Origin: Octopus bimaculoides
Lineage: Eukaryota
DNA length: 64,000 nt
Assembly (NCBI RefSeq): GCF_001194135.2
Contig: NC_068993.1
Coordinates: 56,147,341-56,211,340 of the forward strand
Direction: 5' to 3'
The notes under the pieces are model-generated. The model saw nothing but the letters and a program-made list of their open reading frames with translations, did no database searches and was not told where the DNA came from. The position numbers and the translations under genes are program-made. Positions 11,917-25,300 of the stretch are shown piece by piece (positions within the stretch are counted from its first letter, which is position 1; each line of letters begins with the position of its first letter).

Positions 11917-13139
11917 TTGAAGGGTATATTCGAAGTTTGTGGTGTGCGAAGTGTAGGAGAAGTAATTATTGGGTGTAGTATATGTGGTGGTGTGATAGTG
12001 GTGATAGGTAAATAGAGCCTTACATTTTAGTTGTTGCGTTGGTCTTCTTGTAAGGGGATATAGGGTGGGTGCTATTTATATATATATGTATGTATGTATG
12101 TATATATGTGTGTGTGTGTATCCCTTTTTTGAATCATCTAATTGTCTGGAGATATTACCATCTGTCAGATCAATATATATTTTTGAACTGAACATAAATC
12201 GCATCTTTTATTCCTTTTCATATATTCTTTTGTTGTTTTACTTTTCTTTTACTTCCGCTTCTCTCTAGAAACTTCTCTACACCTTCTGCCAACAGGACAT
12301 CACATCGACATCGGTTGTTTCCGGCAGTTCCATTCCTTCAAGAAGCACCGAGCAGCATTGTTGTCGCCGGATGATGCCTACATCATTGCACACTTTGTCC
12401 GTCCTTCTGCTGTCGACTTGATACGTCGCATTTTATGCATCATCTATGATGTTTCAGTGGTATAAGTTCAATCTACAGCATTCAGTGCTAGAATCTGAAT
12501 CAGCATGTAAAATAGACAAAAAAAAAAACATCCCCGGCGATAAAATATAACACAGCTGTACAATGCAATTAATTTTACACTGTAAGGGAGAAACAGAATA
12601 AATTTGAACGTTTCAGACAGAGGCTCCTGCTTGACGAAACCTTTCGCCACCAAGCCAATCTCTAGGCTTCAGATCTACCCAGTCAGTAATTAAACATATT
12701 TAGCATTTTTATTAATGAATTGACAGCTGTTCCACTGGGATATATAAGTTGTAAAGCGTTCATATCAGTAAATAGGTCTTTTTGTAAGTTGGAGTCACAC
12801 AACGACAGTAGACAGTTCTTCATTTTGTTGTTGTTGTTGTCGTCGTCGACGTCATCGTTCTTGTTTAGACCTAAATCAAACTTTGTCGAAAAGACGTGAC
12901 CAAACAAAAATATCTCTTCTATTGATCGTTGCTGCTGTGGTACAGCTGGTGATGACGGAGATCTTGCCATCGTTGGGGTGGGTGTTGTAGTATTTCATTA
13001 TCTTAATTATTGATTTCTATCGTGATCCCAATTCATTTAGAAAAAAACGAAACAACTATATCAAACGAAAACGAACAATAATTTTTATAATTTTCCGTCT
13101 TATTAAAAGTCTTGTACTAACATTAACAACAAAAATAAC

Positions 13140-13144
13140 TACTA

Positions 13145-13188
<44 letters not shown>

Positions 13189-13189
13189 T

Positions 13190-13233
<44 letters not shown>

Positions 13234-13260
13234 GCAACAGCAGCAGCAGTAGCAACAGCA
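13140..13260. repeat. Compound trinucleotide microsatellite (ACT)n(GCT)n(ACT)n(GCA)n
   Basis: Read directly from the sequence. Confidence 0.9.
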
Positions 13261-13389
13261 ATATCAACGACAACGTATGACATCAACAACCAAGCATCTC
13301 CCAGACGTACCATTTTAAGTAAATTAAAATTACAATAGAACTCAATAATTAAGATATGAACTATTCCGTTAAAAAAAAAAAAAAACATC

Positions 13390-13421
<32 letters not shown>

Positions 13422-13723
13422 CAACAACATCCGAAGCAGCAGCCGAAAGAACGTCTCAGCAATTGTTATTTGTGCCACAACAAGAGTTACTAATGAAACA
13501 TCTTATCTTCCTTTTTCGTTCCGCCGGCCACGTCGATTCTTATCTGAAATTAAACAGCAACAACAATCCATTATTCGATCTTTGCTTTCCACACGCACAT
13601 GCACCCCGAACACACGCGCGTACGCGCGCGTGCGTGCATGCATGCATGCACACACACTCGCGCACTACTATACATAACACCACCTTAAAGAACAACAATG
13701 CTGCCCTAACAACTACAAATCAA

Positions 13724-13844
13724 CTCGCCAATCCTGTGTAGTATACATGAACAACAATACCAGAGCCTGTAATTTCGTGACTAGAGTACCACAGGGGTCC
13801 GTCCTCATACCTACCTTTTTAACTATTGAGTAAATGGTCTTCCC

Positions 13845-13848
<4 letters not shown>
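13724..13848 (+). mobile_element. CR1/L2/Jockey-type LINE reverse transcriptase fragment
   Basis: Translation RQSCVVYMNNNTRACNFVTRVPQGSVLIPTFLTIE* matches the RT motif GVPQGSVLGP. Confidence 0.65.
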
Positions 13849-13886
<38 letters not shown>

Positions 13887-13901
13887 GGGGAGAGAATTCA
13901 C

Positions 13902-14056
13902 AAAATAAAGACGAAGACAGGTGGTGTAGACAACAAACAGATGTATTAGTTTAACGCTTAGGAAGTGAAAAAGTCTTTAACGTTTCGAGCCTACGCTCTT
14001 CCACAGAAAGGAACACAGAAAGAAACAGGGAGAGAAAATAAAGAATGTGTAGTGTC
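13902..14056 (-). mobile_element. Penelope-type pseudo-LTR-like repeat with a degenerate hammerhead-like motif
   Basis: The reverse complement contains gaagagcgtaggctcgaaacgttaaagac...gcgttaaactaatacatctgtttgttg. A diverged + strand copy lies at 54725-54816. Confidence 0.45.
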
Positions 14057-14079
14057 TAGCGATTACATGTTACCAGTAG

Positions 14080-14445
14080 CACTGAAGAGCGACCTGACAT
14101 ATTGAGATGGTGTGGCCATATTGTTCGAATGGCAGATGAACGCATGCCGGAACAGCTGTTTTATGGTGAGCTTGCAGAGGGGAAACGCTATCGGCATAAA
14201 CCTAAAATAAGGTTCAAGGATGGCATAAGGACTACTATGAAGTCACTTGGAATGGTTCCAGAAGATATAGAAACCCTCGCCTCAGATCGAGTTGGATGGC
14301 GAACAAAAGTGTGGAATGGAATGAAAGCGCTTGAAGAGGCCAGGATAACGCAAGCAAGATTCAAGAGATATTTAAGGAAGAATGTAAAGATCGAGAAGGT
14401 GAATGACAAGGATCCTTTTTGTGTGCACAGTCTGTGACAGATATA
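14080..14445 (+). mobile_element. RTE-clade LINE ORF C-terminal fragment
   Basis: ORF 14102..14437 reads LRWCGHIVRMADERMPEQLFYGELAEGKRYRHKPKIRFKD...LASDRVGWR, typical of an RTE C-terminus. Confidence 0.85.
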
Positions 14446-14588
14446 TGNNNNNNNNNNNNNNNNNNNNNNNNNNNNNNNNNNNNNNNNNNNNNNNNNNNNN
14501 NNNNNNNNNNNNNNNNNNNNNNNNNNNNNNNNNNNNNNNNNNNNNNNNNNNNNNNNNNNNNNNNNNNNNNNNNNNNNNNNNNNNNNNN

Positions 14589-14622
<34 letters not shown>

Positions 14623-15096
14623 TTATGTATATGTATATATATGTTTGAATGTATGTACGTATATATATATATATATATATGTAAGTATGTGTGTGTGTGT
14701 ATGTGTGTGTGTGTGTATACGGATATGTCTAAATCTGGATCAAACTATTAACACATATTTTCAACTTCAACAACATGGATTGAGTGCGATTTTTTTTCGC
14801 CTGTACAAGTATGTGTGTGTGTGTGTCACGAGGTGTATGCGATTTGTTCAAGAGTCCCAAAATTTAAAGAATAAACAAATCTATTGTTTTCCTTATTATG
14901 ACTGGTTAAAGAATTGTTGGGAGGAGAGAAAATTTAAGAGTTTAAAGGCGGAAGTGAAGTAACAGAAAAGTAGGATGAGAACGGATATGTAAGCACATAG
15001 CTGCAACGATATACAATTAAATACATACATACATACATACATACATACATACATACATACATAAACGCGCGCGCGCACACACATACATACGCACGC

Positions 15097-15128
<32 letters not shown>

Positions 15129-15499
15129 ATAGATACATACATATGTATGTACATACGTACACAAATGCTCATATACATACATATATACATAATACATACA
15201 CGCGCGCGCACATACATACATACATACATGCGTATGTATGTACATACGTACACGCATGCACATATACGTACACACATATATATATATATATATATATGGG
15301 GGGTCGGGGTATATATGTGTGTGTGTGTGTGTGTATGGCTGTGTGGTAAGAAGTTTGCTTCCCAACCACATGGTTCGGGTTCAGTCCCACTGCGTGGCAC
15401 CTTGAGCAAGTGTCTTCTACCATAGTCGCAGGCCGATCAAAGCCTTGTGAGTGGATTTGGTCGACGGAAGCTGGAAGAAGCCCGTCGTATATATATATG

Positions 15500-16400
15500 A
15501 CATCCTAATTAAAATAGTCAATAACCACATCGAAACAGACATCTTCTTTAAACCCACAGATTCCAAACAATACCTATTATTCAACTCATGCCACCCCAAA
15601 CACNNNNNNNNNNCAGACATCTTCTTTAAACCCACAGATTCCAAACAATACCTATTATTCAACTCATGCCACCCCAAACACATAAAAATTAATATACCTT
15701 ATAATCTAGCGAAAAGAATTCGCACCATAGTTTCAGACACCTATACTCGTGAACGAAGACTCCTTGAATTCAGATCAATACTAATCAAAAGACACTACCC
15801 AATATCATTAATAAATGATGGCATTAAACGAGCTAAGGAAATAGATATACGAACATTAAGGGAAGTCAACCGAAATACTAAACCAGACTTAAAAATACTC
15901 CCATACATCTCCACACATAACCCTAGAAACAACGAAGCCTTTAACGTTATCCTCCAAAATCTTCCCATCCTCACAAGAGATAAAACAATGACCAAAATTT
16001 TAGGCTCACACAAAATTATCAAAAGCAAAATGCAACCAAAATCATTGAAAAAAATATTAACCAGCGCAAGACTGTATCCATTAACAACACAACCAAAAGT
16101 AAAAAAATGTGGTCGATCTAACTGTGGTACTTGCCCCACCTTTTGGAGGGTTCCACTTTAAACAAGGTGAAATTTTTAAGATTAAATCAAATTTCACCTG
16201 TGCCTCGGAAAATCTAATCTATGACATTACATGCTTAAGGTATGGTAATAATTATATTGGCCAAACAGGAATATCACTCCGTCGAAGAACCACTCTCCAC
16301 AAAGAACAAATCCGCCACCCACAATACAGACAGATACAGGTCAGTGGAGACATAGAAAGGTGTGCGAGAAATCTTAATGGATGGAATCATTTTTTCTCTT
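15500..16400 (+). mobile_element. Penelope-like element: RT C-terminus/thumb plus GIY-YIG endonuclease, frameshifted
   Basis: IETDIFFKPTDSKQYLLFNSCHPKHIKINIPYNLAKRIRTIVS... is followed by KKCGRSNCGTCP. After a frameshift comes FTCASENLIYDITCLRYGNNYIGQTGISLRRRTTLH (a GIY-YIG-type IY...YIGQT...R...H motif). Confidence 0.9.
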
Positions 16401-16677
16401 TGCTATTCCTGTTCTCCAAGAGAAAGTCAAGGGCCGATACAGTTCGGCACCAGTGACACAGATAAACACAAAAAGTCAAAATGGCTATTGCAAGGTATCC
16501 CGTTCAATGTTCTAATAATTTCATTAATCTACTGCATTGTACTGGTGATTATTTATCGATTTCAAGACAATGAAAGATGATGCTGATCTCATTATGATTT
16601 GAACTCAAAGTGCAAGGAACCAGAAGAAATATAGCAAGAAATTCTATACGACGAGAGAGAGAGAAAGAAAGAGAAAG

Positions 16678-16776
16678 AAGAAGAAGAAGAAGAAGAAGAA
16701 GAAGAAGAAGAAGAAGAAGAAGAAGAAGAAGAAGAAGAAGAAGAAGAAGAAAAAGAAGAAGAAGAAGAAGAAGAAG
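16678..16776. repeat. (AAG)n microsatellite
   Basis: Read directly from the sequence. It explains the poly-R/S/L/F ORFs here. Confidence 0.95.
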
Positions 16777-19324
16777 AGAGTACGACATATATCACTTCTT
16801 TTTAAATGCAAACGCGCTGGTTGTATTATAAACGAGATTGCACTGTACACATACACACACACACACACACACAGATACATGCGTGCACGTACACACAGGT
16901 ACGCATGCACTTGTACGCAAACACACATAAAAACACACACAGACAGATACATGCACAAATTTACCTACACAAACACGCATACCTTTGTTTAAGCACGCGC
17001 AGATACACACGCGTAGGCACATACATACAGACAGTTACAAACACACACACACACACAAACACACATGCAATACACAAACACAGACACACAATACACAATA
17101 CACACATCACACAATACATAAATAAACACACACACACTCACGCACTAAGATGACATGATTGAATGACATTTAAACATAGAAACATTAAAACATTAGGCTA
17201 ATGGCTTTTAACACCATCACCCTCGCCTCCACCACCACCACCACCACCACCAAAACCACCACTACCACCACCACCACCACCACCANNNNNNNNNNNNNNN
17301 NNNNNNNNNNNNNNNNNNNNNNNNNNNNNNNNNNNNNNNNNNNNNNNNNNNNNNNNNNNNNNNNNNNNNNNNNNNNNNNNNNNNNNNNNNNNNNNNNNNN
17401 NNNNNNNNNNNNNNNNNNNNNNNNNNNNNNNNNNNNNNNNNNNNNNNNNNNNNNNNNNNNNNNNNNNNNNNNNNNNNNNNNNNNNNNNNNNNNNNNNNNN
17501 NNNNNNNNNNNNNNNNNNNNNNNNNNNNNNNNNNNNNNNNNNNNNNNNNNNNNNNNNNNNNNNNNNNNNNNNNNNNNNNNNNNNNNNNNNNNNNNNNNNN
17601 NNNNNNNNNNNNNNNNNNNNNNNNNNNNNNNNNNNNNNNNNNNNNNNNNNNNNNNNNNNNNNNNNNNNNNNNNNNNNNNNNNNNNNNNNNNNNNNNNNNN
17701 NNNNNNNNNNNNNNNNNNNNNNNNNNNNNNNNNNNNNNNNNNNNNNNNNNNNNNNNNNNNNNNNNNNNNNNNNNNNNNNNNNNNNNNNNNNNNNNNNNNN
17801 NNNNNNNNNNNNNNNNNNNNNNNNNNNNNNNNNNNNNNNNNNNNNNNNNNNNNNNNNNNNNNNNNNNNNNNNNNNNNNNNNNNNNNNNNNNNNNNNNNNN
17901 NNNNNNNNNNNNNNNNNNNNNNNNNNNNNNNNNNNNNNNNNNNNNNNNNNNNNNNNNNNNNNNNNNNNNNNNNNNNNNNNNNNNNNNNNNNNNNNNNNNN
18001 NNNNNNNNNNNNNNNNNNNNNNNNNNNNNNNNNNNNNNNNNNNNNNNNNNNNNNNNNNNNNNNNNNNNNNNNNNNNNNNNNNNNNNNNNNNNNNNNNNNN
18101 NNNNNNNNNNNNNNNNNNNNNNNNNNNNNNNNNNNNNNNNNNNNNNNNNNNNNNNNNNNNNNNNNNNNNNNNNNNNNNNNNNNNNNNNNNNNNNNNNCAA
18201 ACGAAATACCACTAAGCACTTCGCCCCGCGTACTAACGTTTCTGCCAGCTCGCCGCCGTTCCTAGATGTCTATTAAGGGTCGTCTCTCGTGTCCGAGAAA
18301 GACGGTTCGGCGATTTTTTTGCCGAACAACCTGCACAGATGAATTGTTTATAGCGATCAAATGTTCGTGCTGCCCATTATCTCGTTTCATCCCATCAAAT
18401 CGACATTAGCTGAACAGGTGCGCGGTGTAGCACACCTCTGACGCGGTTGCAAAGTGACGTGGGATGAAGTGTTTTGCTCGAGAACACAATCCAACGTCCG
18501 GTTCGCGAATTGAACCCACGATCTTACGACCGTGAGCACCACACCCTAACCACTTGACCATGCGCCCTTACAGATGTAAGCGAAAAACCCTGTTATTGCA
18601 TCACTTGGGGTTTGGTGTGCCTCGGTCAGTTGATGATCCTTTGACTCTGCATAAATTTCTAATGCCTAATATGATTTGCATAGTGGAACCGCATAACTTA
18701 GTGGTTAGGGTGTTGGACTCGTGATCGTAAGATTGTGGTTTCGATTCCTGGATCGGGCAACACGTTGTGTTCTTGAGCACACATAGATACACACTGCCGC
18801 CTGTCACTAGACGCGAGAAAGTTTTTCGTAAGTTCAGTCCTTGAGAGAAGTAAAACATTCTAGAATGGTTCTCCATTAAAATAAGACATTCTAGAATGTT
18901 TCTCCCTTAGATAGTTCCACGTGGTGTTGAGCTCAGACAGAGACATAACAATACGTTTTATTTCTCCCAAGGTCTGACTGGAACTTATGAAAATCTTTCC
19001 CACGTCTAATGACAGGCGGCAGTGTGTATCTATGCGCGAGGCAAGGCGGTTGGCTACACTAACCAAATAACACATAGATGGATAACAGTTCCGCCAAAGG
19101 GAAATAGTGCTCCTACTCTGCTATGCCGATTATATCACTTTTCATTCCAGAGTACAAGGCAAGTTACATTTAGCATCGAAAGGCAAATTCGGCCCCGGTG
19201 GAATTTGAACTCAGAACACAAGGAACCAGAAAAATTGCCGCTAAGAATTTTGGTCGACGTTTTAACGGTTTTGCCAATAGCAATAATCCTTTCTGCTATA
19301 GGCACAAGGCCAGAAATTTTGTGG

Positions 19325-19620
19325 ACTAAAATTGCAGGGGTGCTGAACGAAATATTCCTGGAAAGAGGCCAGGTGGACGAGCTACTGATGAACAACAGCA
19401 CCGCATTTAGTTCAAGGCTGTTGAAGGAAATGCTGTTGAACGGGTGGAATGTCAGATGCTTCTTCAGGAATTGCATATGGGCCAAGCAGAAGTGAAATTG
19501 TAAAGAGACACAACACAATCAAAGTTGAGGCCGATAGAAGGCGACTTTCTCCCATTGAGGTAGTCTTCTGATACAACATGTAGTGTTGCCCAGGACAGGA
19601 AAAACTGACGAGTCAATTCT
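19325..19620 (+). mobile_element. Gypsy LTR-retrotransposon integrase fragment, degenerate
   Basis: KIAGVLNEIFLERGQVDELLMNNSTAFSSRLLKEMLLNGWNVRCFFR is followed after a frameshift by RPSRSEIVKRHNTIK...SPIEVVF*YNM. This corresponds to the integrase DN(G/S)xxF and NGxVER...HRTIK region. Confidence 0.7.
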
Positions 19621-19922
19621 ACAAAAGACAGTCCTCAGATAAGAACGGTGACACCTGAGCAGAATAACGCAACGTTTCGAGGAAAGGCGAAGGACTTGTG
19701 TGGTTATGGCACGGGATTTTTTGTCACTAGCTTTGCGAGTATCATAAAAGAAAAAAGAGCCGTGAGAGAAAACTGAGGCAACTTTTATCCGTTAGAGTTA
19801 TGTCCCTTGAATAGTACTTTACTCTTCCAATTATTCTGAGCTCCAAGATTTATTTACCAAACTCTCGTGCACCAAACTGATTGGTAAAATCGGCTGAAAT
19901 TAAATGAGTCTATAATACCTCA

Positions 19923-19968
<46 letters not shown>

Positions 19969-21055
19969 TGTGTACGCGTGGGTGCATCTGTCTGCTACCT
20001 CTATGTCCGTCGGTCCATCAGTCTTTCGCTCTCACCTTAGCTATCTCTCTACCTATCTATTTATCCATCTACTATTACACATAGACAGCTTCCGTTTATC
20101 TGTCTAGTAGCCTGTCTATCTATCTGTCCATCTCTCTACCTGAGATGTTTAGGCTTTTTCCCCAAATATTAATTACATAAATGAAATGGTTTCTGCAGAA
20201 CTCGAAACTGCATCGACATCTCAGCTCACTGTTTACTTCAGGTTACCAGCAAATTACCTTTGTAATANNNNNNNNNNNNNNNNNNNNNNNNNNNNNNNNN
20301 NNNNNNNNNNNNNNNNNNNNNNNNNNNNNNNNNNNNNNNNNNNNNNNNNNNNNNNNNNNNNNNNNNNNNNNNNNNNNNNNNNNNNNNNNNNNNNNNNNNN
20401 NNNNNNNNNNNNNNNNNNNNNNNNNNNNNNNNNNNNNNNNNNNNNNNNNNNNNNNNNNNNNNNNNNNNNNNNNNNNNNNNNNNNNNNNNNNNNNNNNNNN
20501 NNNNNNNNNNNNNNNNNNNNNNNNNNNNNNNNNNNNNNNNNNNNNNNNNNNNNNNNNNNNNNNNNNNNNNNNNNNNNNNNNNNNNNNNNNNNNNNNNNNN
20601 NNNNNNNNNNNNNNNNNNNNNNNNNNNNNNNNNNNNNNNNNNNNNNNNNNNNNNNNNNNNNNNNNNNNNNNNNNNNNNNNNNNNNNNNNNNNNNNNNNNN
20701 NNNNNNNNNNNNNNNNNNNNNNNNNNNNNNNNNNNNNNNNNNNNNNNNNNNNNNNNNNNNNNNNNNNNNNNNNNNNNNNNNNNNNNNNNNNNNNNNNNNN
20801 NNNNNNNNNNNNNNNNNNNNNNNNNNNNNNNNNNNNNNNNNNNNNNNNNNNNNNNNNNNNNNNNNNNNNNNNNNNNNNNNNNNNNNNNNNNNNNNNNNNN
20901 NNNNNNNNNNNNNNNNNNNNNNNNNNNNNNNNNNNNNNNNNNNNNNNNNNNNNNNNNNNNNNNNNNNNNNNNNNNNNNNNNNNNNNNNNNNNNNNNNNNN
21001 NNNNNNNNNNNNNNNNNNNNNNNNNNNNNNNNNNNNNNNNNNNNNNNNNNNNNNA

Positions 21056-21199
21056 GCGGAAAGTCGGAACCATGTGTCTCGATTCAGATATAAGGGTATC
21101 TACATAACTTCACTCCCTCTTAATTCAAGTGGAAATAATAACGTTGGATATATTTATTGCTGTTACACCGCCGGCGTGGTATGAATGCTGTTCTCTGAG
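21056..21199 (+). promoter_or_regulatory. Probable ATPAF1 promoter / non-coding first exon
   Basis: A CpG-containing patch (gcggaaagt, ccgccggcg) ends in a strong donor gag|gtaagg (GT at 21200), about 1.1 kb upstream of the ATG exon. No transcript evidence is available. Confidence 0.45.
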
Positions 21200-22317
21200 G
21201 TAAGGTCAAATGGTTTTATTGAATATCGAGAAAATAAACATTGATCTGTTCTTTATTTAAATAACAAAATATGTGAATTATTATATTTAAATAAACAACA
21301 ACATTCATTTAAATTTCATTAATCGATAACAAGATTATATTAAGTTAACTGTTCAAGACTAAATATTACCGTTTATGATTTCATTTTACGTAGTTTAAGT
21401 ACAAAGTAACCTTATTGATATAATTTCTCAATGCAAATTATTTATACATATAAATTTGCCTAGAATATTGATTATTCTCTGATCTTAATGGTCCATTTAT
21501 TAGCTTTTTTTTTTTAAATTCTACTTTATTATTATTTTCCTTCCTTTCTGCGGATGATGTTAACTACTTGCGGTGTAGTTAAACGTGTGCTTTTAATTTT
21601 GAAATACGGCCTTATCGAACAAACATATGATGCAAACGTGCCAGTCGTGACCATTTCATGCATTTATGAAGGAGTTTAAATGCATCTGTGTTTAAGTATT
21701 TAAAAGTTCTTACTATTATACACCGTCATATTTACCTTTTTGTTTTGTTTTTCCAATGTATGTTCTTCAAGTTTCAATTTCTTTTTTTATCTGTTATAAA
21801 TCCTTGAATCTTTATCTCCATTTACTTTCTAAATATATAACTAAGTATCTGTCTATAGATTTCACTATTTGTGTTAAAGCTGGGTGGAGTTTATTTATAC
21901 TTGGACCTAATTGTATATCTTAGACTGAATTGGTTACAACACCCAAACTACTTACTTGGCTAGGGTTCTTTAACGATCCAGGAGAATTACAGTGCAGACA
22001 GTAGCCCAGAATGTGATAGCGAGAGGTATCCAGGAATCATGGCTTGGATGTGACCCATCCCTTAGAGTGTAAGGAGTCGAGGGCAAAAACACTTGCGTGA
22101 CATGAGACTTCTTCTCTGAAGACCTGCTGTTCAGCACCCCCTAGTTTCTTACGACCGATATTTATCTAGCAGTGTATGATTTTATGGCTAAATGTCTTTT
22201 GTTAGGATAATTATTCATTAAGATTTTTTTCTGTATGAAAATTAACAATTGATATTTTCTTTTTTTACATTTTCCGTACTAACAGCTATAAAATCCTAAA
22301 TTAATAGACTGTAAGCA

Positions 22318-25300
22318 ATGTTGCAGTTATTGCACCGAGGAAGGCAGTGTTTGCACCAAGCTGCTGTTGTTTGCAACAGCTGCAACCTGTTGCCTACCTT
22401 CACTGCACTTCCATTCACAAGAACACAAAGAAACTTCCAAACAGATTCTGTATATTTACAAAAGAACAAACCTGAACCTGAAATTGACCTTCAAAAAAAT
22501 CCTTATTATGAGAAATACACTGAAAAGTTGAAGGCACTCCAAGAGTAAGTACAAAGAATTCTTTTATATTTAACCATTCCGTCAGCTCACCTTCTTAATA
22601 ATAATAATGATACTTTCTACTGAAGGCACAAGGCCTGAAATTTTGTGGGAGGGGACTAGTTGATTATATCACCCCCAGTGCTTGACTGGTACTTAATTTA
22701 TAAACCCATAGTGGACAAGAGGCAAAGTCAACCTCGGCAGAATTTGAACTCAGAACATAAGGACGGGTGAAATGCTGCAAAGCATTTTACCTGGCAGTCT
22801 AATGATTCTGCTGGCTCATTTTGTCAGACCTGCTAATGGTTCTGCAGCTTGCCACCTTAATTATAAATTCTTCATTAGCACAGGTCTATAAATCTAATTA
22901 TCGCTTACTGATCCTAAACAGAAAAAAAGAAAACTGATAGGAATTGAACTCAGAATGCAAGAAGTTGAAAGAATTTTTACCAAGTCTAGCATGCATGCAT
23001 GGGTCGTTGCCAGTGCCGCCTGACTGGCTCCTGTGCCGGTAGCACGTAAAAACCACCATCCAAATGTGGCCGATGCTAGTGTCACCTGACTGGCTCCCAT
23101 GCCGGTGGCACATAAAAAGCATCCACTACACTCTCGAAGTGATTGGTATTAGGAAGGGCATCCAGCTGTAGAAACACCACCAGATCATATTGGAGCCTGG
23201 TGTGGCCTCCTGGCTTGCCAGTCTCCAGTCAAACCGTTCAACCCATGCCAGCATGGAAAACGTATGTTCAACGATGATGATGATGATATAACAGTGTTAT
23301 ATATTATAATGTCTATTGTATTTCAGAACAGACCCTGAAATATACAGTAAAAAGCTCGAGGAATTAAAAGAGAGTTTAAAACCAAAAGCAGCCCCTGTTG
23401 TGAACCCTAAAACAAAAGAAAAGGTACAGAAGAAACCAACTGAGAAAAAAACAGTCCCTAAACTGGTAAGATTGTCTTATGGTAAACAGTGGGTGGTGGG
23501 TAGTGGTTGTGAGAGGTCACANNNNNNNNNNNNNNNNNNNNNNNNNNNNNNNNNNNNNNNNNNNNNNNNNNNNNNNNNNNNNNNNNNNNNNNNNNNNNNN
23601 NNNNNNNNNNNNNNNNNNNNNNNNNNNNNNNNNNNNNNNNNNNNNNNNNNNNNNNNNNNNNNNNNNNNNNNNNNNNNNNNNNNNNNNNNNNNNNNNNNNN
23701 NNNNNNNNNNNNNNNNNNNNNNNNNNNNNNNNNNNNNNNNNNNNNNNNNNNNNNNNNNNNNNNNNNNNNNNNNNNNNNNNNNNNNNNNNNNNNNNNNNNN
23801 NNNNNNNNNNNNNNNNNNNNNNNNNNNNNNNNNNNNNNNNNNNNNNNNNNNNNNNNNNNNNNNNNNNNNNNNNNNNNNNNNNNNNNNNNNNNNNNNNNNN
23901 NNNNNNNNNNNNNNNNNNNNNNNNNNNNNNNNNNNNNNNNNNNNNNNNNNNNNNNNNNNNNNNNNNNNNNNNNNNNNNNNNNNNNNNNNNNNNNNNNNNN
24001 NNNNNNNNNNNNNNNNNNNNNNNNNNNNNNNNNNNNNNNNNNNNNNNNNNNNNNNNNNNNNNNNNNNNNNNNNNNNNNNNNNNNNNNNNNNNNNNNNNNN
24101 NNNNNNNNNNNNNNNNNNNNNNNNNNNNNNNNNNNNNNNNNNNNNNNNNNNNNNNNNNNNNNNNNNNNNNNNNNNNNNNNNNNNNNNNNNNNNNNNNNNN
24201 NNNNNNNNNNNNNNNNNNNNNNNNNNNNNNNNNNNNNNNNNNNNNNNNNNNNNNNNNNNNNNNNNNNNNNNNNNNNNNNNNNNNNNNNNNNNNNNNNNNN
24301 NNNNNNNNNNNNNNNNNNTATATATTCTCCCTTCATATTTCAATGAGGTCTTAAGCCAACAGGTGACAATCCTGGAGGAAAAACTAAACACTTTGAAAGA
24401 AAATGACAGTCATCATCATCATCATCATCGTTATTTAACGTCTGCTTTCCATGCTGGTATGAGTTGGACGGTTTCACTGAGAACTGCTAAGCTGGGAGGC
24501 TGCACCAGGCCCCAGTCTGACTTGGCAAGATTTCTACAGCTGGATGCCCTTCCTAATGCCAGCCACTCTGAGAGTGTGGTGGGTGCTTTTTACGTTCCAC
24601 TGGCATAGGTACCAGTCAGGCATCACTGGCATCAGCCACGCTCAAATGCAGGCATCACTGGCATCAGCCACGCTCAAATGGTCCTTTTTACTTGCTACCT
24701 GCACAGGTGCCAATCAGACAGTACTGGCATCAGCCACGCTCAAATGGTGCTTTTTATCTGCCAGTCAGGTGGCAATAGCAGATCACATTTGCTACAGACT
24801 GTGTGGAATATGAATAAAGCCGACCTGGGTGAAAATTATAGTTTATAAGGTATTAGACCCTGGTATTCTGTGTAGAAGATTTATATTCTAAAAATTATGT
24901 TAAATGCGTCGTCTGAGATAGAATAATACTGAAATTGTGAAGGGAAATAATTCATGCAGTTTCATGTTATATAGAGTAACCTCTCTTAGATTAGCTGTTT
25001 GTATTTTGTTTTAAAATTCAAATTTCGTGAAAGATTCATCTGGCATCACAAATGATGTGTGACGCAGATATACACATACAAAGATAACCAGAGACATCTC
25101 TGCAGATAGATATCTTGAGCAGCACGCCTAGCTGTAGACAGCATTGCACATATCCTTAAATAGGTACCATAAGGTTGACTGTTGGACTTACTACATCGAG
25201 TAATAAACAGGCACATTGCTAAATATAACTGGCTGTTGTACCCAGTACACTTGGCTGTAAATAGGTACCATGAAGTCGATACAGTTGACTGCTGTACATA

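Noticed and set aside
15533-15685. Tandem duplication within the Penelope ORF
   Set aside because: Identical sequence lies on both sides of a 10-N gap, the typical signature of unmerged contig overlap. The same pattern occurs at ~8210-8290 and ~42983-43130.
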